Positions 1-10,201 of a DNA stretch of 64,000 nt are shown here, in pieces (positions within the stretch are counted from its first letter, which is position 1; each line of letters opens with the position of its first letter). Both the position numbers and the translations under genes were made by a program. Origin of the DNA: Gammaproteobacteria bacterium (GTDB lineage: Bacteria; Pseudomonadota; Gammaproteobacteria; SZUA-140); contig JBHHVB010000002.1 in assembly GCA_046754065.1 (NCBI GenBank), forward strand, positions 33,837 to 97,836. The letters run 5' to 3'. Below the pieces are notes generated by a model. That model did not search any database. It saw nothing but the letters and a program-made list of their open reading frames with translations, and was not told the DNA's origin.

Positions 1-1
1 A

Positions 2-226
2 AATGTTTGTGAATCGGTAGTCCGGCGCCGTTACCCTGAGGTGGGGATGGCGATCGACTGGTTATCAGCGTTTGCGCCAACGAGAATGAGTGGTACCGGC
101 GCAAGTGTATTTGCGCCATTTGCTGAAAAGCATCAGGCAGACGCAGTAATTGAGCAGTTGCCACCAAACTGGCGTGGTTTCGTAGTGAAGGGCCTAAGTG
201 AATCACCATTGATTAATCATCAATGA
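2..226 (+). CDS. ispE: 4-diphosphocytidyl-2-C-methyl-D-erythritol kinase, C-terminal fragment (gene starts upstream of window)
   Basis: Frame is open from the window edge to the stop at 224-226. Translation ...TRMSGTGASVFAPF...NWRGFVVKGL..SPL matches the conserved GHMP-kinase C-terminus of IspE. The ispE-tRNAGln-prs order is conserved in Pseudomonas-like gammaproteobacteria. Confidence 0.75.
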   Translation, partial: NVCESVVRRRYPEVGMAIDWLSAFAPTRMSGTGASVFAPFAEKHQADAVIEQLPPNWRGFVVKGLSESPLINHQ

Positions 227-261
227 TGAAATCCTTGTCCAGAACAAAAATTTAAGTTTAT

Positions 262-336
262 TGGGGTGTCGCCAAGCGGTAAGGCACAGGGTTTTGATCC
301 CTGCATTCCCAGGTTCGAATCCTGGCACCCCAGCCA
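262..336 (+). tRNA. tRNA-Gln (anticodon TTG)
   Basis: 75 nt with a 7-bp acceptor stem tggggtg/cacccca. Anticodon loop is ggTTTTGATcc, T-loop is GGTTCGAAT, and it ends G-CCA at 334-336. Confidence 0.93.
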
Positions 337-364
337 AAAAAGCCGAAGGCATATATATTAAGAC

Positions 365-489
365 TGGGGTGCCAGGATGAGAACCTCAAGGTTCGACCGG
401 CGAGCGAAGCGAGTCGGAACGTTGGCGAGGAGCGCCAACGGCCCCGAAGGGGTGAGGCCAGGGGCCGAATAGGACTGGCACCCCAGCCA
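365..489 (+). repeat. tRNA-Gln-derived pseudo-tRNA / partial duplicate carrying a GC-rich hairpin insert (att-like scar or small structured element)
   Basis: The 5' end tggggtgcc (365-373) and 3' end ctggcaccccagcca (475-489) copy the acceptor and T-stem ends of the tRNA-Gln 30 bp upstream and can form a 9-bp stem. About 100 nt of GC-rich sequence lies between them, including a perfect hairpin cgttggcg-agga-cgccaacg (420-440) and the T-loop-like GGTTCGA at 390-396. It lacks D and anticodon arms. Confidence 0.5.
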
Positions 490-614
490 AATTAATGATT
501 CGTATCAGGCAAGTAACCCATCTATAAATTAGACAGGACTTTCAATTGAATTATTCCAGAGCGACCAGGCAAGTGAGGAATGAAGCACAGCAGTATTCTG
601 GTGCCGACAACCGT

Positions 615-1553
615 ATGATGGTGTTTAGTGGTAACGCACATCCCCGACTGGCTCAATCGATTGTCAGTTGCCTGAATCTGCCGCTTGGTAAGGCCAATGT
701 CGGGCATTTTAGCGACGGAGAGAGTGCGGTAGAAATCATGGAAAATGTGCGCGGAAAGGATGTATTTATCGTGCAGCCTACCTGTGCGCCAACGAATGAT
801 AATCTAATGGAATTACTGGTAATGATCGATGCAATTCGACGCTCTTCTGCCAGTAGAATAACCGCAGTTATCCCGTATTTTGGCTACGCTCGCCAGGACC
901 GCAGACCCCGTTCTGCGCGTGTACCTATCAGTGCCAAGGTCGTGGCAGACATGCTGGTCAGTGTCGGTACTGATCGAGTATTGACCGTTGATCTGCATGC
1001 TGACCAGATTCAGGGGTTCTTTGATATCCCGGTTGATAACGTCTATTCATCGCCGGTATTGCTAAGCCATATCTGGCGGGAAAAGTATCCGGGGATGATG
1101 GTGGTTTCACCGGATGTAGGAGGTGTGGTTCGTGCACGGGCGATGGCGAAGCGCCTCGATGGGGCGGATCTGGCCATTGTCGATAAAAGACGTCCCGGGC
1201 CGAATGAGGCAAAGGTGATGAACATTATTGGTGACGTAGAAGATCGCTCCTGCATTCTTCTCGATGACATGGTCGATACGGCGGGTACGTTATGTGAAGC
1301 GGCGCGAGTGCTAAAAGAGCGTGGAGCCTCGCTCGTTGCGGCCTATTGTACCCATCCGGTATTGTCGGGCACTGCTGTGAACAAGCTCTCAAAATCGGTG
1401 CTGGACAAACTGGTAGTCAGCGACACGATTCCGCTGACAGAAGAAGCCCAGGCGTGCGGGCGTATTCATCAGCTTAGTGTGGCGGGTATGCTTGCCGAGA
1501 CCATGCGACGAATCAATATGGAAGAATCAGTGAGTTCGATGTATATCGACTAA
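615..1553 (+). CDS. prs: ribose-phosphate pyrophosphokinase (PRPP synthetase)
   Basis: [14 protein letters not shown]... N-terminus aligns with Prs. The PRPP-binding loop DDMVDTAGT is present. I started it at ATG 615 rather than the ORF-track 546 on the basis of homolog N-termini. Confidence 0.9.
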   Translation: MMVFSGNAHPRLAQSIVSCLNLPLGKANVGHFSDGESAVEIMENVRGKDVFIVQPTCAPTNDNLMELLVMIDAIRRSSASRITAVIPYFGYARQDRRPRSARVPISAKVVADMLVSVGTDRVLTVDLHADQIQGFFDIPVDNVYSSPVLLSHIWREKYPGMMVVSPDVGGVVRARAMAKRLDGADLAIVDKRRPGPNEAKVMNIIGDVEDRSCILLDDMVDTAGTLCEAARVLKERGASLVAAYCTHPVLSGTAVNKLSKSVLDKLVVSDTIPLTEEAQACGRIHQLSVAGMLAETMRRINMEESVSSMYID

Positions 1554-1802
1554 TTCTGCATCTGAATTCCGGACTTCCTTCCAGATGTCAAAAAATCTCT
1601 TCAGAACAGCAACTTAAGACCGCTTCTACCTGATTTACGCGTGTTTTCGCAGAATATCTTCGACTTTTAAGCAACAGAACTGCTAGAATGCGCTGTTTTA
1701 TTGTCGGGTCTGGTCGCGGGCCCGGTGAAATGGTCGCTGGTTGGATCGAAATGTAGCTTTCGCCGACAAAGTCCACATTGAAATATTTACAGGAGAATAA
1801 AG

Positions 1803-2462
1803 ATGAGTACTGGTTTTGAGATAAATGCCGAAATTCGTCAGGACCTGGGGAAAGGTGCGAGCCGCCGCCTGCGTCGTGACAAGAAAATACCTGCGGTATT
1901 GTATGGGGGTGGGAAGGATGCCGTAGCACTGACCATGGACCATGACGCTATTGTACATAGCCTGGATAACGAGGCATTTTATTCGCATATTTTGACCATC
2001 AATATTGATGGTGTTTCGGAAAAAGCGGTTTTAAAGGATTTACAAAGACACACCCACAAACCCAGTGTCCTGCACCTGGATTTGCAGCGTGTCAGTGACA
2101 AGGAAAAACTGCGTATGCATGTTCCGCTACACTTCATCGGAGAAGATGAGGCGCCAGGCGTAAAACAGGGTGGTGGTATCATTTCGCACCTGTTAAACGA
2201 TGTTGAAATCGCCTGTCTGCCAAAAGATCTGCCAGAGTACCTTGAAGTGGATGTTGCTAACCTGAATGTTGGCGAGACCGTTCATCTATCGGATATCGGA
2301 CTGCCCTCGGGCGTAGAGCTGGTAGAGTTAAGCCATGGTGAAGAACATAATTTGCCCGTTGTTTCTATTCATGTGCCACGTGCCGCCGCTGAGGTATCGG
2401 CTGAACCGGAACCCGCAGCCGAAGCCGATGAAACCAGTGGAGAGGGTGAAGGCAGCGAATAA
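1803..2462 (+). CDS. rplY: 50S ribosomal protein L25 / general stress protein Ctc
   Basis: 219 aa with a Ctc-form L25 domain and an acidic C-terminal tail. There is a strong RBS aggaga 8 nt upstream. It sits in the conserved prs-rplY-pth order. Confidence 0.88.
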   Translation: MSTGFEINAEIRQDLGKGASRRLRRDKKIPAVLYGGGKDAVALTMDHDAIVHSLDNEAFYSHILTINIDGVSEKAVLKDLQRHTHKPSVLHLDLQRVSDKEKLRMHVPLHFIGEDEAPGVKQGGGIISHLLNDVEIACLPKDLPEYLEVDVANLNVGETVHLSDIGLPSGVELVELSHGEEHNLPVVSIHVPRAAAEVSAEPEPAAEADETSGEGEGSE

Positions 2463-2510
2463 GCTTGTCCCTTTTCTCTCAAGCTAGCCTCATTGACGGG
2501 GTGAGTTAGA

Positions 2511-3089
2511 TTGACAGCAAGAATAGAGTTGGTCGTCGGTTTGGGTAATCCCGGCAAGGATTACGAAATGACCCGGCATAACGCTGGAGCATGGTTCGTA
2601 GATCGCCTGGCTGAACGGATTAACAGTAGCTTTAGACGGGACGTCAAATTTCACGGTGAATCAGCCAGGTCAGAAATAAATGGTTTGGCTATACATCTGC
2701 TGAAACCCGGCACCTTCATGAACCGTTCTGGCCAGGCCGTAGTCTCGATCAGTCAGTATTTCAAGATTCCCGTGGAAAATATTCTGGTTGTACATGATGA
2801 ACTGGATCTGCCAGTAGGAACCGTGCGTCTCAAAAAGGGCGGTGGCCACGGTGGTCATAATGGACTCAGGGATATTATTGCGGCACTGGGCAGGCGAAAC
2901 GATTTTATGCGGTTAAGAATTGGTATTGGTCATCCTGGTCATCGTAACGATGTCAGTGATTATGTATTAAGTGAGCCAGGTAAAAAGGACAAGCAAGTTA
3001 TTCTTGATGCAGTCGAAGAGGCCTGCGATGTGATGGGACTGGTAGCGAGCGGGGAATATGAGAAAGCAATGCATCGACTGCATTCCTGA
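2511..3089 (+). CDS. pth: peptidyl-tRNA hydrolase
   Basis: [18 protein letters not shown] and HNG motifs are present, 192 aa, with a TTG start. Confidence 0.88.
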   Translation: MTARIELVVGLGNPGKDYEMTRHNAGAWFVDRLAERINSSFRRDVKFHGESARSEINGLAIHLLKPGTFMNRSGQAVVSISQYFKIPVENILVVHDELDLPVGTVRLKKGGGHGGHNGLRDIIAALGRRNDFMRLRIGIGHPGHRNDVSDYVLSEPGKKDKQVILDAVEEACDVMGLVASGEYEKAMHRLHS

Positions 3090-3103
3090 GGAAAATTTTA
3101 ACA

Positions 3104-4195
3104 ATGGGATTTAAATGTGGCATCGTTGGCTTACCTAATGTAGGTAAATCCACACTGTTTAACGCGTTAACCAGGGCAGGTATTGAATCGGCAAATTATC
3201 CGTTTTGCACGATTGAGCCGAATGTCGGTGTTGTCCCCATGCCTGATAGTCGCCTGGACAAACTGGCAGATATCGTCAATCCTCAGCGTGTATTGCCAAC
3301 CACCATGGAGTTCGTCGATATTGCAGGACTGGTAGCAGGTGCATCGAGGGGTGAGGGGCTGGGCAACAAGTTTCTTGCCAATATTCGTGAAACCCAGGCA
3401 ATTGCACATGTTGTGCGCTGTTTCGAGGATGACGATGTCACGCATGTGGCTGGTAAAGTGGATCCCCTGAATGATATCGAGACGATTAATACAGAACTGG
3501 CATTAGCAGATCTTGAAACCGTAGAAAAGGCATCGCAACGGGTGTCGAAACAAACCAGAAGTGGTGATAAGACTGCCTTGTTACAACAATCATTGTTAGA
3601 AAAGATTCAAACCCACCTCAATGGTGGAAACCCGGTTCGTACACTGGAGTTAACGCCAGATCAGTTGGTTGCAATACGTGAGTTGCATCTGCTCACGATC
3701 AAGCCAACGATGTATGTGGCGAATGTGACGGATGATGGATTTGTAGACCATCCACTATTGGAGCAGGTCGAGAAACTGGCGATAAGTGAAGGTTCAGTAG
3801 TGGTGCCAGTGTGCGCCGCGATAGAGTCCGAGATTGCCGAGTTGCCTGACGATGAAAAGGGGGAGTTTCTGGCTGATCTCGGGCTGGAGGAGCCGGGCCT
3901 TGATAGAGTGATACGTGCAGGCTATACGCTGTTGGGTTTGCAAACCTATTTCACAGCGGGAGAGAAAGAGGTGCGTGCCTGGACCGTCCCGGTTGGTGCG
4001 ACTGCCCCGCAGGCCGCTGGTGTTATTCACACGGATTTTGAGAAAGGGTTTATTCGCGCCGAGGTCACAGGCTATGATGACTATACCACTTGTGGCGGCG
4101 AACAAGCGGCCAAAGAGGCCGGTAAATGGCGCCTGGAAGGCAAGGATTATATTGTTCAGGATGGAGATGTGATTCATTTCCGCTTTAATGTTTAG
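3104..4195 (+). CDS. ychF: ribosome-binding ATPase YchF (Obg-family GTPase)
   Basis: [23 protein letters not shown] is a near-identical start to E. coli YchF. 363 aa with a C-terminal TGS domain. Confidence 0.95.
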   Translation: MGFKCGIVGLPNVGKSTLFNALTRAGIESANYPFCTIEPNVGVVPMPDSRLDKLADIVNPQRVLPTTMEFVDIAGLVAGASRGEGLGNKFLANIRETQAIAHVVRCFEDDDVTHVAGKVDPLNDIETINTELALADLETVEKASQRVSKQTRSGDKTALLQQSLLEKIQTHLNGGNPVRTLELTPDQLVAIRELHLLTIKPTMYVANVTDDGFVDHPLLEQVEKLAISEGSVVVPVCAAIESEIAELPDDEKGEFLADLGLEEPGLDRVIRAGYTLLGLQTYFTAGEKEVRAWTVPVGATAPQAAGVIHTDFEKGFIRAEVTGYDDYTTCGGEQAAKEAGKWRLEGKDYIVQDGDVIHFRFNV

Positions 4196-4317
4196 TCCGC
4201 GATGAGCTAGATGAGGGGCGAAACCGGATTAATCTTCAAAGTTAGCTTGACGTGAGTGTGCGGAAAATAGAAAATTCACGTTCCCGCGTATTCGCAGTTA
4301 CGTCTTTTGATCAAAAT

Positions 4318-4394
4318 GGCTATGTAGCTCAGTTGGTTAGAGCACAGCATTCATAATGCTGGGGTCGGTGGTTCAAGTCCACCCATAGCCACCA
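4318..4394 (+). tRNA. tRNA-Met (elongator, anticodon CAT)
   Basis: 77 nt with acceptor stem ggctatg/catagcc. Anticodon loop is cattCATaatg, T-loop GGTTCAAGTCC, and it ends CCA. It resembles E. coli metT. Confidence 0.93.
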
Positions 4395-4932
4395 ACCTTC
4401 CACGATTAAAGTCGAGCGTTCAGGTTTTCCGGTTATAGATGGACCACCGAGGCCTATTTGATACGGGGGTCGGGGTTGATTCGCGCCATCCCTCCAAAAT
4501 TTGATCAGTGCGATCAGGCACCCCGGTAAGAGATGACCTAACGATGCTTGATCGCCATACGTCAATATATTGACAGTGCCCTTGGGTTTTCTACGGTTGG
4601 TTATCTGAAGAAAACTTGTGTGAATGCGATGTGAGTCAGGGCCGCTAGCCTAAGTACCAGTCATTACTAATATAAACGCGTTTTCGTTTAACTGGTATTG
4701 CCCGTTTTATTCAATCTCCCAATGGTGAAAAAGCATTTTTTTAGGCACAGGTTTTGCTGTTCGATCATATATGGTTCGCCGGCTGCATGACGATTCCACC
4801 GAATATAAAAATTATTGTCATACGCTAAAGCTTTAACCGTTCGGGCCGAAATGAATGTTACGGAAGTGATATTGGCGAGACTCTTGGATCTTTTAGAGGG
4901 AAATTTAAAAAAATTTAATAGGAACTAATCTG

Positions 4933-6552
4933 ATGAAAAGCATGAGCATTTATCAAAAACTCTGGGCATTTGCGATCTTGTTTACCGTATTGGTGGTTGG
5001 CCAGTCGGGCTATATGGTGATGCAACTGGACCAAACCCGCAAGGACATGCAATACATGAGAGATGTAGAGGGCAAGATTATTGAAAATACCCATACGCTA
5101 CAGCTCGCGGTGATCCAGGTTCAGCAATGGCTGACGGATATCAGTGCAACCAGAGCCGCTCCGGGTTTTGATGATGGACTTGATGAAGCCGAGGCACAGG
5201 CCGAAACATTTCGCGTAACCCTGCAGGAACTCACTGCCCTGGATCAAGAAAATGCAGCGAATTATCAGGAGCTGGGACCACTTTTCGAAGCGTATTATGA
5301 AACAGGGAAAAAGATGGCTCATGCCTATATTGATGGTGGACCAGAAGCCGGTAATAAAATGATGAGTGCCTTTGATTCGACGGCAGAAGGGTTGAAAGAG
5401 TCCATGGATGTCACGCTATTCGCCGTCTCCGAAGACAAAACCATGCGGCTTGATTCCCTATTCGAAGACACGAGAAATGCTGAGCAATTAATGATCGTCT
5501 TTGCGCTGGTCTTTCTGGCCATTGCGGTTGCTTTGGTTGTTGGTGCGAAATGGGTGGTGATCAAGCCACTGATGAGACTCACCGCGATGGCGCGGGACAT
5601 CGCAGAGGGTGAGGGCGATTTGACCAAACGTCTGGATGATTCGCATAAAGATGAATTAGGAGAAATGGCACACTGGTTTAATGAATTTGTTGGCAAGATA
5701 CAGCATGCGATTAGTCTGGTACAGGAGAGTAATGAGAAGGTCGGTACCGCCTCTGAACAATTGTCGATGCTGACTCGCCATACTGAAGAGCAGATCAATA
5801 ACCAGTTGGGTGAAACCGATATGGTTGCGACGGCAATGAACGAGATGCTTGCGACCTCGCAGGAAGTCGCTAACAATGCGGTTCAAACAGCAGAAAGTAC
5901 CAATACCGCCAATACCGATGCCGATGCTGGTAACAGGGTCGTACAGCGGACTATTGATACCATCGATGCGCTGGCAAGAGAAGTGGATAACGCGCGTGAT
6001 GTGATTGTGAACCTGGGTGAAGACACCAAGAACATCGGTTCCGTGCTAGACGTAATCAAGGGTATTTCTGAGCAAACCAATTTGCTCGCATTGAATGCGG
6101 CGATTGAGGCAGCGCGCGCAGGTGAGCAGGGACGTGGATTCGCGGTGGTTGCTGATGAGGTAAGGACTCTCGCGATGCGGACCCAGGAATCAACGACCGA
6201 GATTCAGGACATGATCAATCGTCTACAGGCCGGGTCAGAAAAGGCTGTGTCTGTGATGAAGGCCGGAAGCGAACAGGCAGACGCCTGCGTCGAGATGGCA
6301 CGTGAAGCCGGTAATTCTCTTAAGTCGATTACCGATAGCGTGAACAGCATCACCTCAATGAATGACCAGATTGCAAGCGCCTCTGAAGAACAATCAGCGG
6401 TGGTCGCCGAACTGGATCAGAATGTGATTAATATTGCAGAAGCGAGCAAGGAAACTGTTTCAGATGCGTCACAGATATCCTCTGCGGCAACAGAGCTGCA
6501 AGAGCTTGTGCACAGCATGAACAGGCTGGTCAAGCAGTTTAAAGTCAGTTAA
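4933..6552 (+). CDS. methyl-accepting chemotaxis protein (two TM segments, periplasmic sensor, HAMP, MCP signalling domain)
   Basis: N-terminal TM, a second TM ([17 protein letters not shown]) and a HAMP domain are present. The signalling domain includes [31 protein letters not shown]. There are C-terminal methylation heptads. 539 aa. Confidence 0.9.
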   Translation: MKSMSIYQKLWAFAILFTVLVVGQSGYMVMQLDQTRKDMQYMRDVEGKIIENTHTLQLAVIQVQQWLTDISATRAAPGFDDGLDEAEAQAETFRVTLQELTALDQENAANYQELGPLFEAYYETGKKMAHAYIDGGPEAGNKMMSAFDSTAEGLKESMDVTLFAVSEDKTMRLDSLFEDTRNAEQLMIVFALVFLAIAVALVVGAKWVVIKPLMRLTAMARDIAEGEGDLTKRLDDSHKDELGEMAHWFNEFVGKIQHAISLVQESNEKVGTASEQLSMLTRHTEEQINNQLGETDMVATAMNEMLATSQEVANNAVQTAESTNTANTDADAGNRVVQRTIDTIDALAREVDNARDVIVNLGEDTKNIGSVLDVIKGISEQTNLLALNAAIEAARAGEQGRGFAVVADEVRTLAMRTQESTTEIQDMINRLQAGSEKAVSVMKAGSEQADACVEMAREAGNSLKSITDSVNSITSMNDQIASASEEQSAVVAELDQNVINIAEASKETVSDASQISSAATELQELVHSMNRLVKQFKVS

Positions 6553-6560
6553 CCCCCTCT

Positions 6561-6608
6561 ACGTTGCCCTTGCGCGCAGGTGCGTAGGGGCAACGTCTTT
6601 TTTTTCTT
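6561..6608 (+). terminator. rho-independent terminator downstream of the MCP gene
   Basis: GC-rich stem acgttgccc...gggcaacgt followed by a T8 run at 6598-6606. Confidence 0.7.
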
Positions 6609-6999
6609 CCTGAATTGTAGCAGTCAAATAAGTGTCATCCATTTATCGACACGTGAAACCCCCGTTATTTAAACTAGTAGTTTGAATTGATCTCCTGATA
6701 TGAAGGAGCACTATGTTAGACATTTCTTGCCTCAAGAAAAATCCTGCAAGTTCTAGAGCTTAGCAATTGTTAATAATAGTGCGATTGTTCGTTAAGCGTA
6801 CCTTAATGCACGTTGCGGCAGTGCACAGTAAGATTTTTACATGTTCGATGGTCGATTCCGACTGCGGGCATAGTTATTGCTGAACACGATTATATGAACC
6901 ACTGAGGAGCAATGCTGTCCGTATCAATAGGCGCAGAATTTAGTTGCCGGTGGTTAGAGTGCAATACCCATCCTCAATGCCTGCCGCGGAGGTGCTGTT

Positions 7000-8931
7000 A
7001 TGACCGAAGAAAAAAGTGAGTTTGCTGAGATAATCAAAGAGGACCGTGCCCAGAGAGAAAACAAAAAGTGGCACGGCAGTTTTATTGAGTATCTTGAGAA
7101 AGTTAAAGATGATCCATCCATAGCCAGACTTGCGCATTCCAGGATGTATCACATCATCACTAAAGATGGCATGGAAGATATCACCGAATCTGATGATGCG
7201 AGGATCAAGCGCTTATACAAGGATGATCCGGTCAAGGTTTATAACTATTTCAAGGATGAATTCTTCGGCGTTGAAAAAACGGTTTCTCAAATCGTGCGTT
7301 ATTTTCATTCAGCGTCACTGCATGGTGAAGAAAGTAGGCAGGTACTGTATTTGATGGGGCCGGTGGGTGCCGGGAAAAGTTCACTCATCGAAAGTCTCCA
7401 TCGGGGACTTGAACAGGCGGACCCGATGTTTGCCATTGAAGGTTGTCCGATGCATGAGGAGCCACTGCATCTGATTCCGAGGCATCTGCGAAACGAATTT
7501 GAAAAGATGCTCGATGTTCATATTGAGGGCGATCTTTGCCCAGTTTGTCGCCATCGCTTAAAGGAAGAATTTAACGGCAAATATGAAGACGTACCCGTTT
7601 CGACGGTAGATTTTTCGAAACGTGCACGAAGGGGGGTCGGCGTCGTGCCCCCGGTAGATCCGAATAATCAGGATACTTCAGTACTGGTTGGTTCCGAAGA
7701 CATATCAAAACTGGACCTTTACTCAGAAGGCGATCCGCGCGTGCTGGATCTCAACGGTGCCTTTAATGTGGGTAATCGTGGAATGGTTGAGTTCATCGAG
7801 GTATTCAAGAACGAGGCTGAATACCTGCATACCATGATAACAGCAACGCAGGAGAAATTTATCCCGGCGCCTGGCAGGCATGGCACCGTTTACGTTGATG
7901 CTGTCATTGTTGCGCATTCCAACGAGGCGGAGTGGCAGAAATTCAAGGCCGATCACACTAACGAAGCGATTATGGACAGAATTGTGATGGTCAAGGTGCC
8001 CTATAATCTGCGATTGAGTGAGGAGGTGAAAATCTACCAGAAGATTCTGCATGGCTCGGAATTCCGTGCTCACATAGCACCTCATACACTGGAGATGGCT
8101 GCGATGTTTGCGATCCTCTCCCGGTTTGAGCCATCAGCCAAGTGCGATCCGATGACAAAACTACGTTTGTACAATGGCGAAGAGATTGTAGAGAAAGGTA
8201 AAACCAAGAAAATTAATGTGCAGGAACTTCAGGAGGAGGCTCGCCGCGAGGGGCTGTTTGGAGTATCGACGCGATTTATCATGAAGGCGCTTGATAACGC
8301 GCTGACCGAGAGCCCGGCGGGTATTAATCCTATAAACGTGAGGGAAGCATTAATCAATATGGTTAAGGATTCAGAGCTGGCCGACGATGTGCGTAAACAG
8401 TATCTGGAAATACTGCAGGATACGCTACAAAAGGCCTACCTGGAAACCCTCGAAAAAGAGATCACCAAGGCATTTGTCTATTCCTTCGAGGAGCAGGCTG
8501 AGTCATTGTTCCAGAACTATCTGGATCATACGGAGGCGTATGTAAATAAGACCTCGGTTAAAGATCGTAACACAAACGAAGAGTTGCAGCCCGATGAAGG
8601 ATTTCTCAAGTCTGTTGAAGAGCAGATTGCAATTGTTGGCTCCGCGGCTGACGGATTTCGTCAGGAGGTGATGGCATATCTTTGGGCAGCGACGCGCAGA
8701 AATGAAAAGATTACGTACAAATCATATGAACCCTTGAAAGAAGCCATTGAGAAAAAGCTGACCAGCTCAGTAAGGGATATTAGTCGTGTTATCACTAAAT
8801 CACGCACCAGAGACGAAGATCAATTGAAGAAATACAGCGATTTGATGCAATGCCTGCTCGACAATGGCTATAACGAGCATTCGGCAGAGGTCATTTTGAA
8901 ATATGCAGCAAATAATCTCTGGAAGGATTAA
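7000..8931 (+). CDS. yeaG: PrkA-family serine protein kinase (YeaG)
   Basis: 643 aa with Walker A LMGPVGAGKSSLIESL. Overall PrkA/YeaG architecture (AAA-like N domain plus kinase-like C domain). It is followed by yeaH and spoVR homologs. Confidence 0.88.
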   Translation: MTEEKSEFAEIIKEDRAQRENKKWHGSFIEYLEKVKDDPSIARLAHSRMYHIITKDGMEDITESDDARIKRLYKDDPVKVYNYFKDEFFGVEKTVSQIVRYFHSASLHGEESRQVLYLMGPVGAGKSSLIESLHRGLEQADPMFAIEGCPMHEEPLHLIPRHLRNEFEKMLDVHIEGDLCPVCRHRLKEEFNGKYEDVPVSTVDFSKRARRGVGVVPPVDPNNQDTSVLVGSEDISKLDLYSEGDPRVLDLNGAFNVGNRGMVEFIEVFKNEAEYLHTMITATQEKFIPAPGRHGTVYVDAVIVAHSNEAEWQKFKADHTNEAIMDRIVMVKVPYNLRLSEEVKIYQKILHGSEFRAHIAPHTLEMAAMFAILSRFEPSAKCDPMTKLRLYNGEEIVEKGKTKKINVQELQEEARREGLFGVSTRFIMKALDNALTESPAGINPINVREALINMVKDSELADDVRKQYLEILQDTLQKAYLETLEKEITKAFVYSFEEQAESLFQNYLDHTEAYVNKTSVKDRNTNEELQPDEGFLKSVEEQIAIVGSAADGFRQEVMAYLWAATRRNEKITYKSYEPLKEAIEKKLTSSVRDISRVITKSRTRDEDQLKKYSDLMQCLLDNGYNEHSAEVILKYAANNLWKD

Positions 8932-9009
8932 CACGTAATCTGGAGACAGGTGTCAGGTTCGAGTGATTTTCTAACCGCGGGCTGTACACCTCGATAGAAG
9001 AGAGATGCT

Positions 9010-10200
9010 ATGGGCGCAACCATAAGACCATACTCGCCATCTGATGCGCTTCGATCTGATCGCAGCGCTGGTGACCGGCTGAGACATCGTCGCAAGATTC
9101 GTCAGGCGATTAGAGAAAACATTTCCGACATTATTTCCGAAGAATCGATTATCGGTCAGGATAAAGATCGTGTGATCAAGGTACCCATTCGAGGTATTAA
9201 AGAATACCGATTTGTTTATGGCGATAACACGCCGGGCGTGGGTACAGGCGATGGCGATTCTCAAAAAGGCCAGGTAATTGGCCAGGCAGGGCAGGATCAG
9301 GCTGATGGTGGGCAGTCAGGCGACCAGCCTGGTATGGATTATTATGAAACGGATATCACCCTCGAAGAGCTGGTTGAAATTATGTTCGAGGATCTGGAGC
9401 TGCCAGACCTTGAAAGCAAAAAGCTGCGCGAAGTCATGTCAGAACGTACAAGCAGACGCAAGGGTTATCGTCGGGTTGGTATTCATGTTCACATGGATAA
9501 AAAGCGTACTGCAAGATCACGCGTCAAGCGGAAACTGGCAACCAAACGTTTACAGACTGTTGAGGGGGGTGAAAAAGAGCGATTTCCCTTCCATGATGAT
9601 GATTTGAGATACAAGCGACTCAGGGAAGAATCGCAACCACAATCAAATGCCGTCGTCATTTGTATCATGGATACATCAGGGTCCATGGGGACTTTAAAGA
9701 AATATCTTGCACGAAGTTTTTTCTTTCTGTTGTATCAATTCGTGCGCACCCGATATGAAAATGTTGAGGTGGTGTTTGTCGCTCACCATACGAAGGGTCG
9801 CGAAGTCACCGAGGAGGAATTTTTTCATAAGGGTGAGTCGGGTGGAACGTTTATATCTTCAGGCTATAACAAGGCCCTGGAGATTATCAATGAGCGTTAT
9901 CATCCGGATATGTGGAATGTCTACGCGTTTCATTGCTCTGATGGCGATAACTTTGATAGCGACAATGATGCCGCGATGAAGGCGGCGCTGGAGTTATCTG
10001 CAATATGCAATTTATTCGGTTATGGAGAAATCAAGACAGAAGACGGATTTGGCTTCGAGAGCTCAATGCTGGAAAAATTTAAAAAGATTGAGACCGATAA
10101 TTTCCATACCTTGTTGATTGAATCAAAAGAGGATATCTGGCCCTGTTTCAAGGCATTTCTCACCAAGGAAAGAGCAACAACAGAGTCAAGGCAGGATTGA
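9010..10200 (+). CDS. yeaH: YeaH/DUF444 (UPF0229) vWA-domain protein
   Basis: 396 aa. The MIDAS-like motif is CIMDTSGSM. The basic N-terminus resembles YeaH. It is the conserved partner of yeaG. Confidence 0.85.
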   Translation: MGATIRPYSPSDALRSDRSAGDRLRHRRKIRQAIRENISDIISEESIIGQDKDRVIKVPIRGIKEYRFVYGDNTPGVGTGDGDSQKGQVIGQAGQDQADGGQSGDQPGMDYYETDITLEELVEIMFEDLELPDLESKKLREVMSERTSRRKGYRRVGIHVHMDKKRTARSRVKRKLATKRLQTVEGGEKERFPFHDDDLRYKRLREESQPQSNAVVICIMDTSGSMGTLKKYLARSFFFLLYQFVRTRYENVEVVFVAHHTKGREVTEEEFFHKGESGGTFISSGYNKALEIINERYHPDMWNVYAFHCSDGDNFDSDNDAAMKAALELSAICNLFGYGEIKTEDGFGFESSMLEKFKKIETDNFHTLLIESKEDIWPCFKAFLTKERATTESRQD

Positions 10201-10201
10201 T

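Noticed and set aside
365-489. Possibility that the second tRNA-like element is a tRNA gene interrupted by a group I intron
   Set aside because: It is only 125 nt in total. It lacks recognisable D and anticodon arms and the P/Q/R/S intron core elements. Bacterial tRNA group I introns are about 200-250 nt and sit in the anticodon loop.
546-614. Upstream extension of prs to the ORF-track start at 546
   Set aside because: Homolog N-termini begin at the MMVFSGN/MKLFAGN position. The 23-codon extension has no RBS and an atypical composition.
4329-4565. 78-aa minus-strand ORF
   Set aside because: It overlaps tRNA-Met on the opposite strand, and has no RBS and no coding-like composition.
5325-5876. 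183-aa ORF antisense to the MCP gene (and similar antisense ORFs 958..1212, 13170..13673, 35685..36152)
   Set aside because: They sit entirely inside well-supported genes on the opposite strand. They have low-complexity, Ser/Cys-rich compositions and no RBS. These are typical shadow ORFs.
10118-10201. Upstream extension of the SpoVR-family gene overlapping the yeaH 3' end
   Set aside because: The in-frame ATG at 10202 has an agga RBS and starts 2 nt after the yeaH stop. The extension would overlap yeaH by 83 nt.
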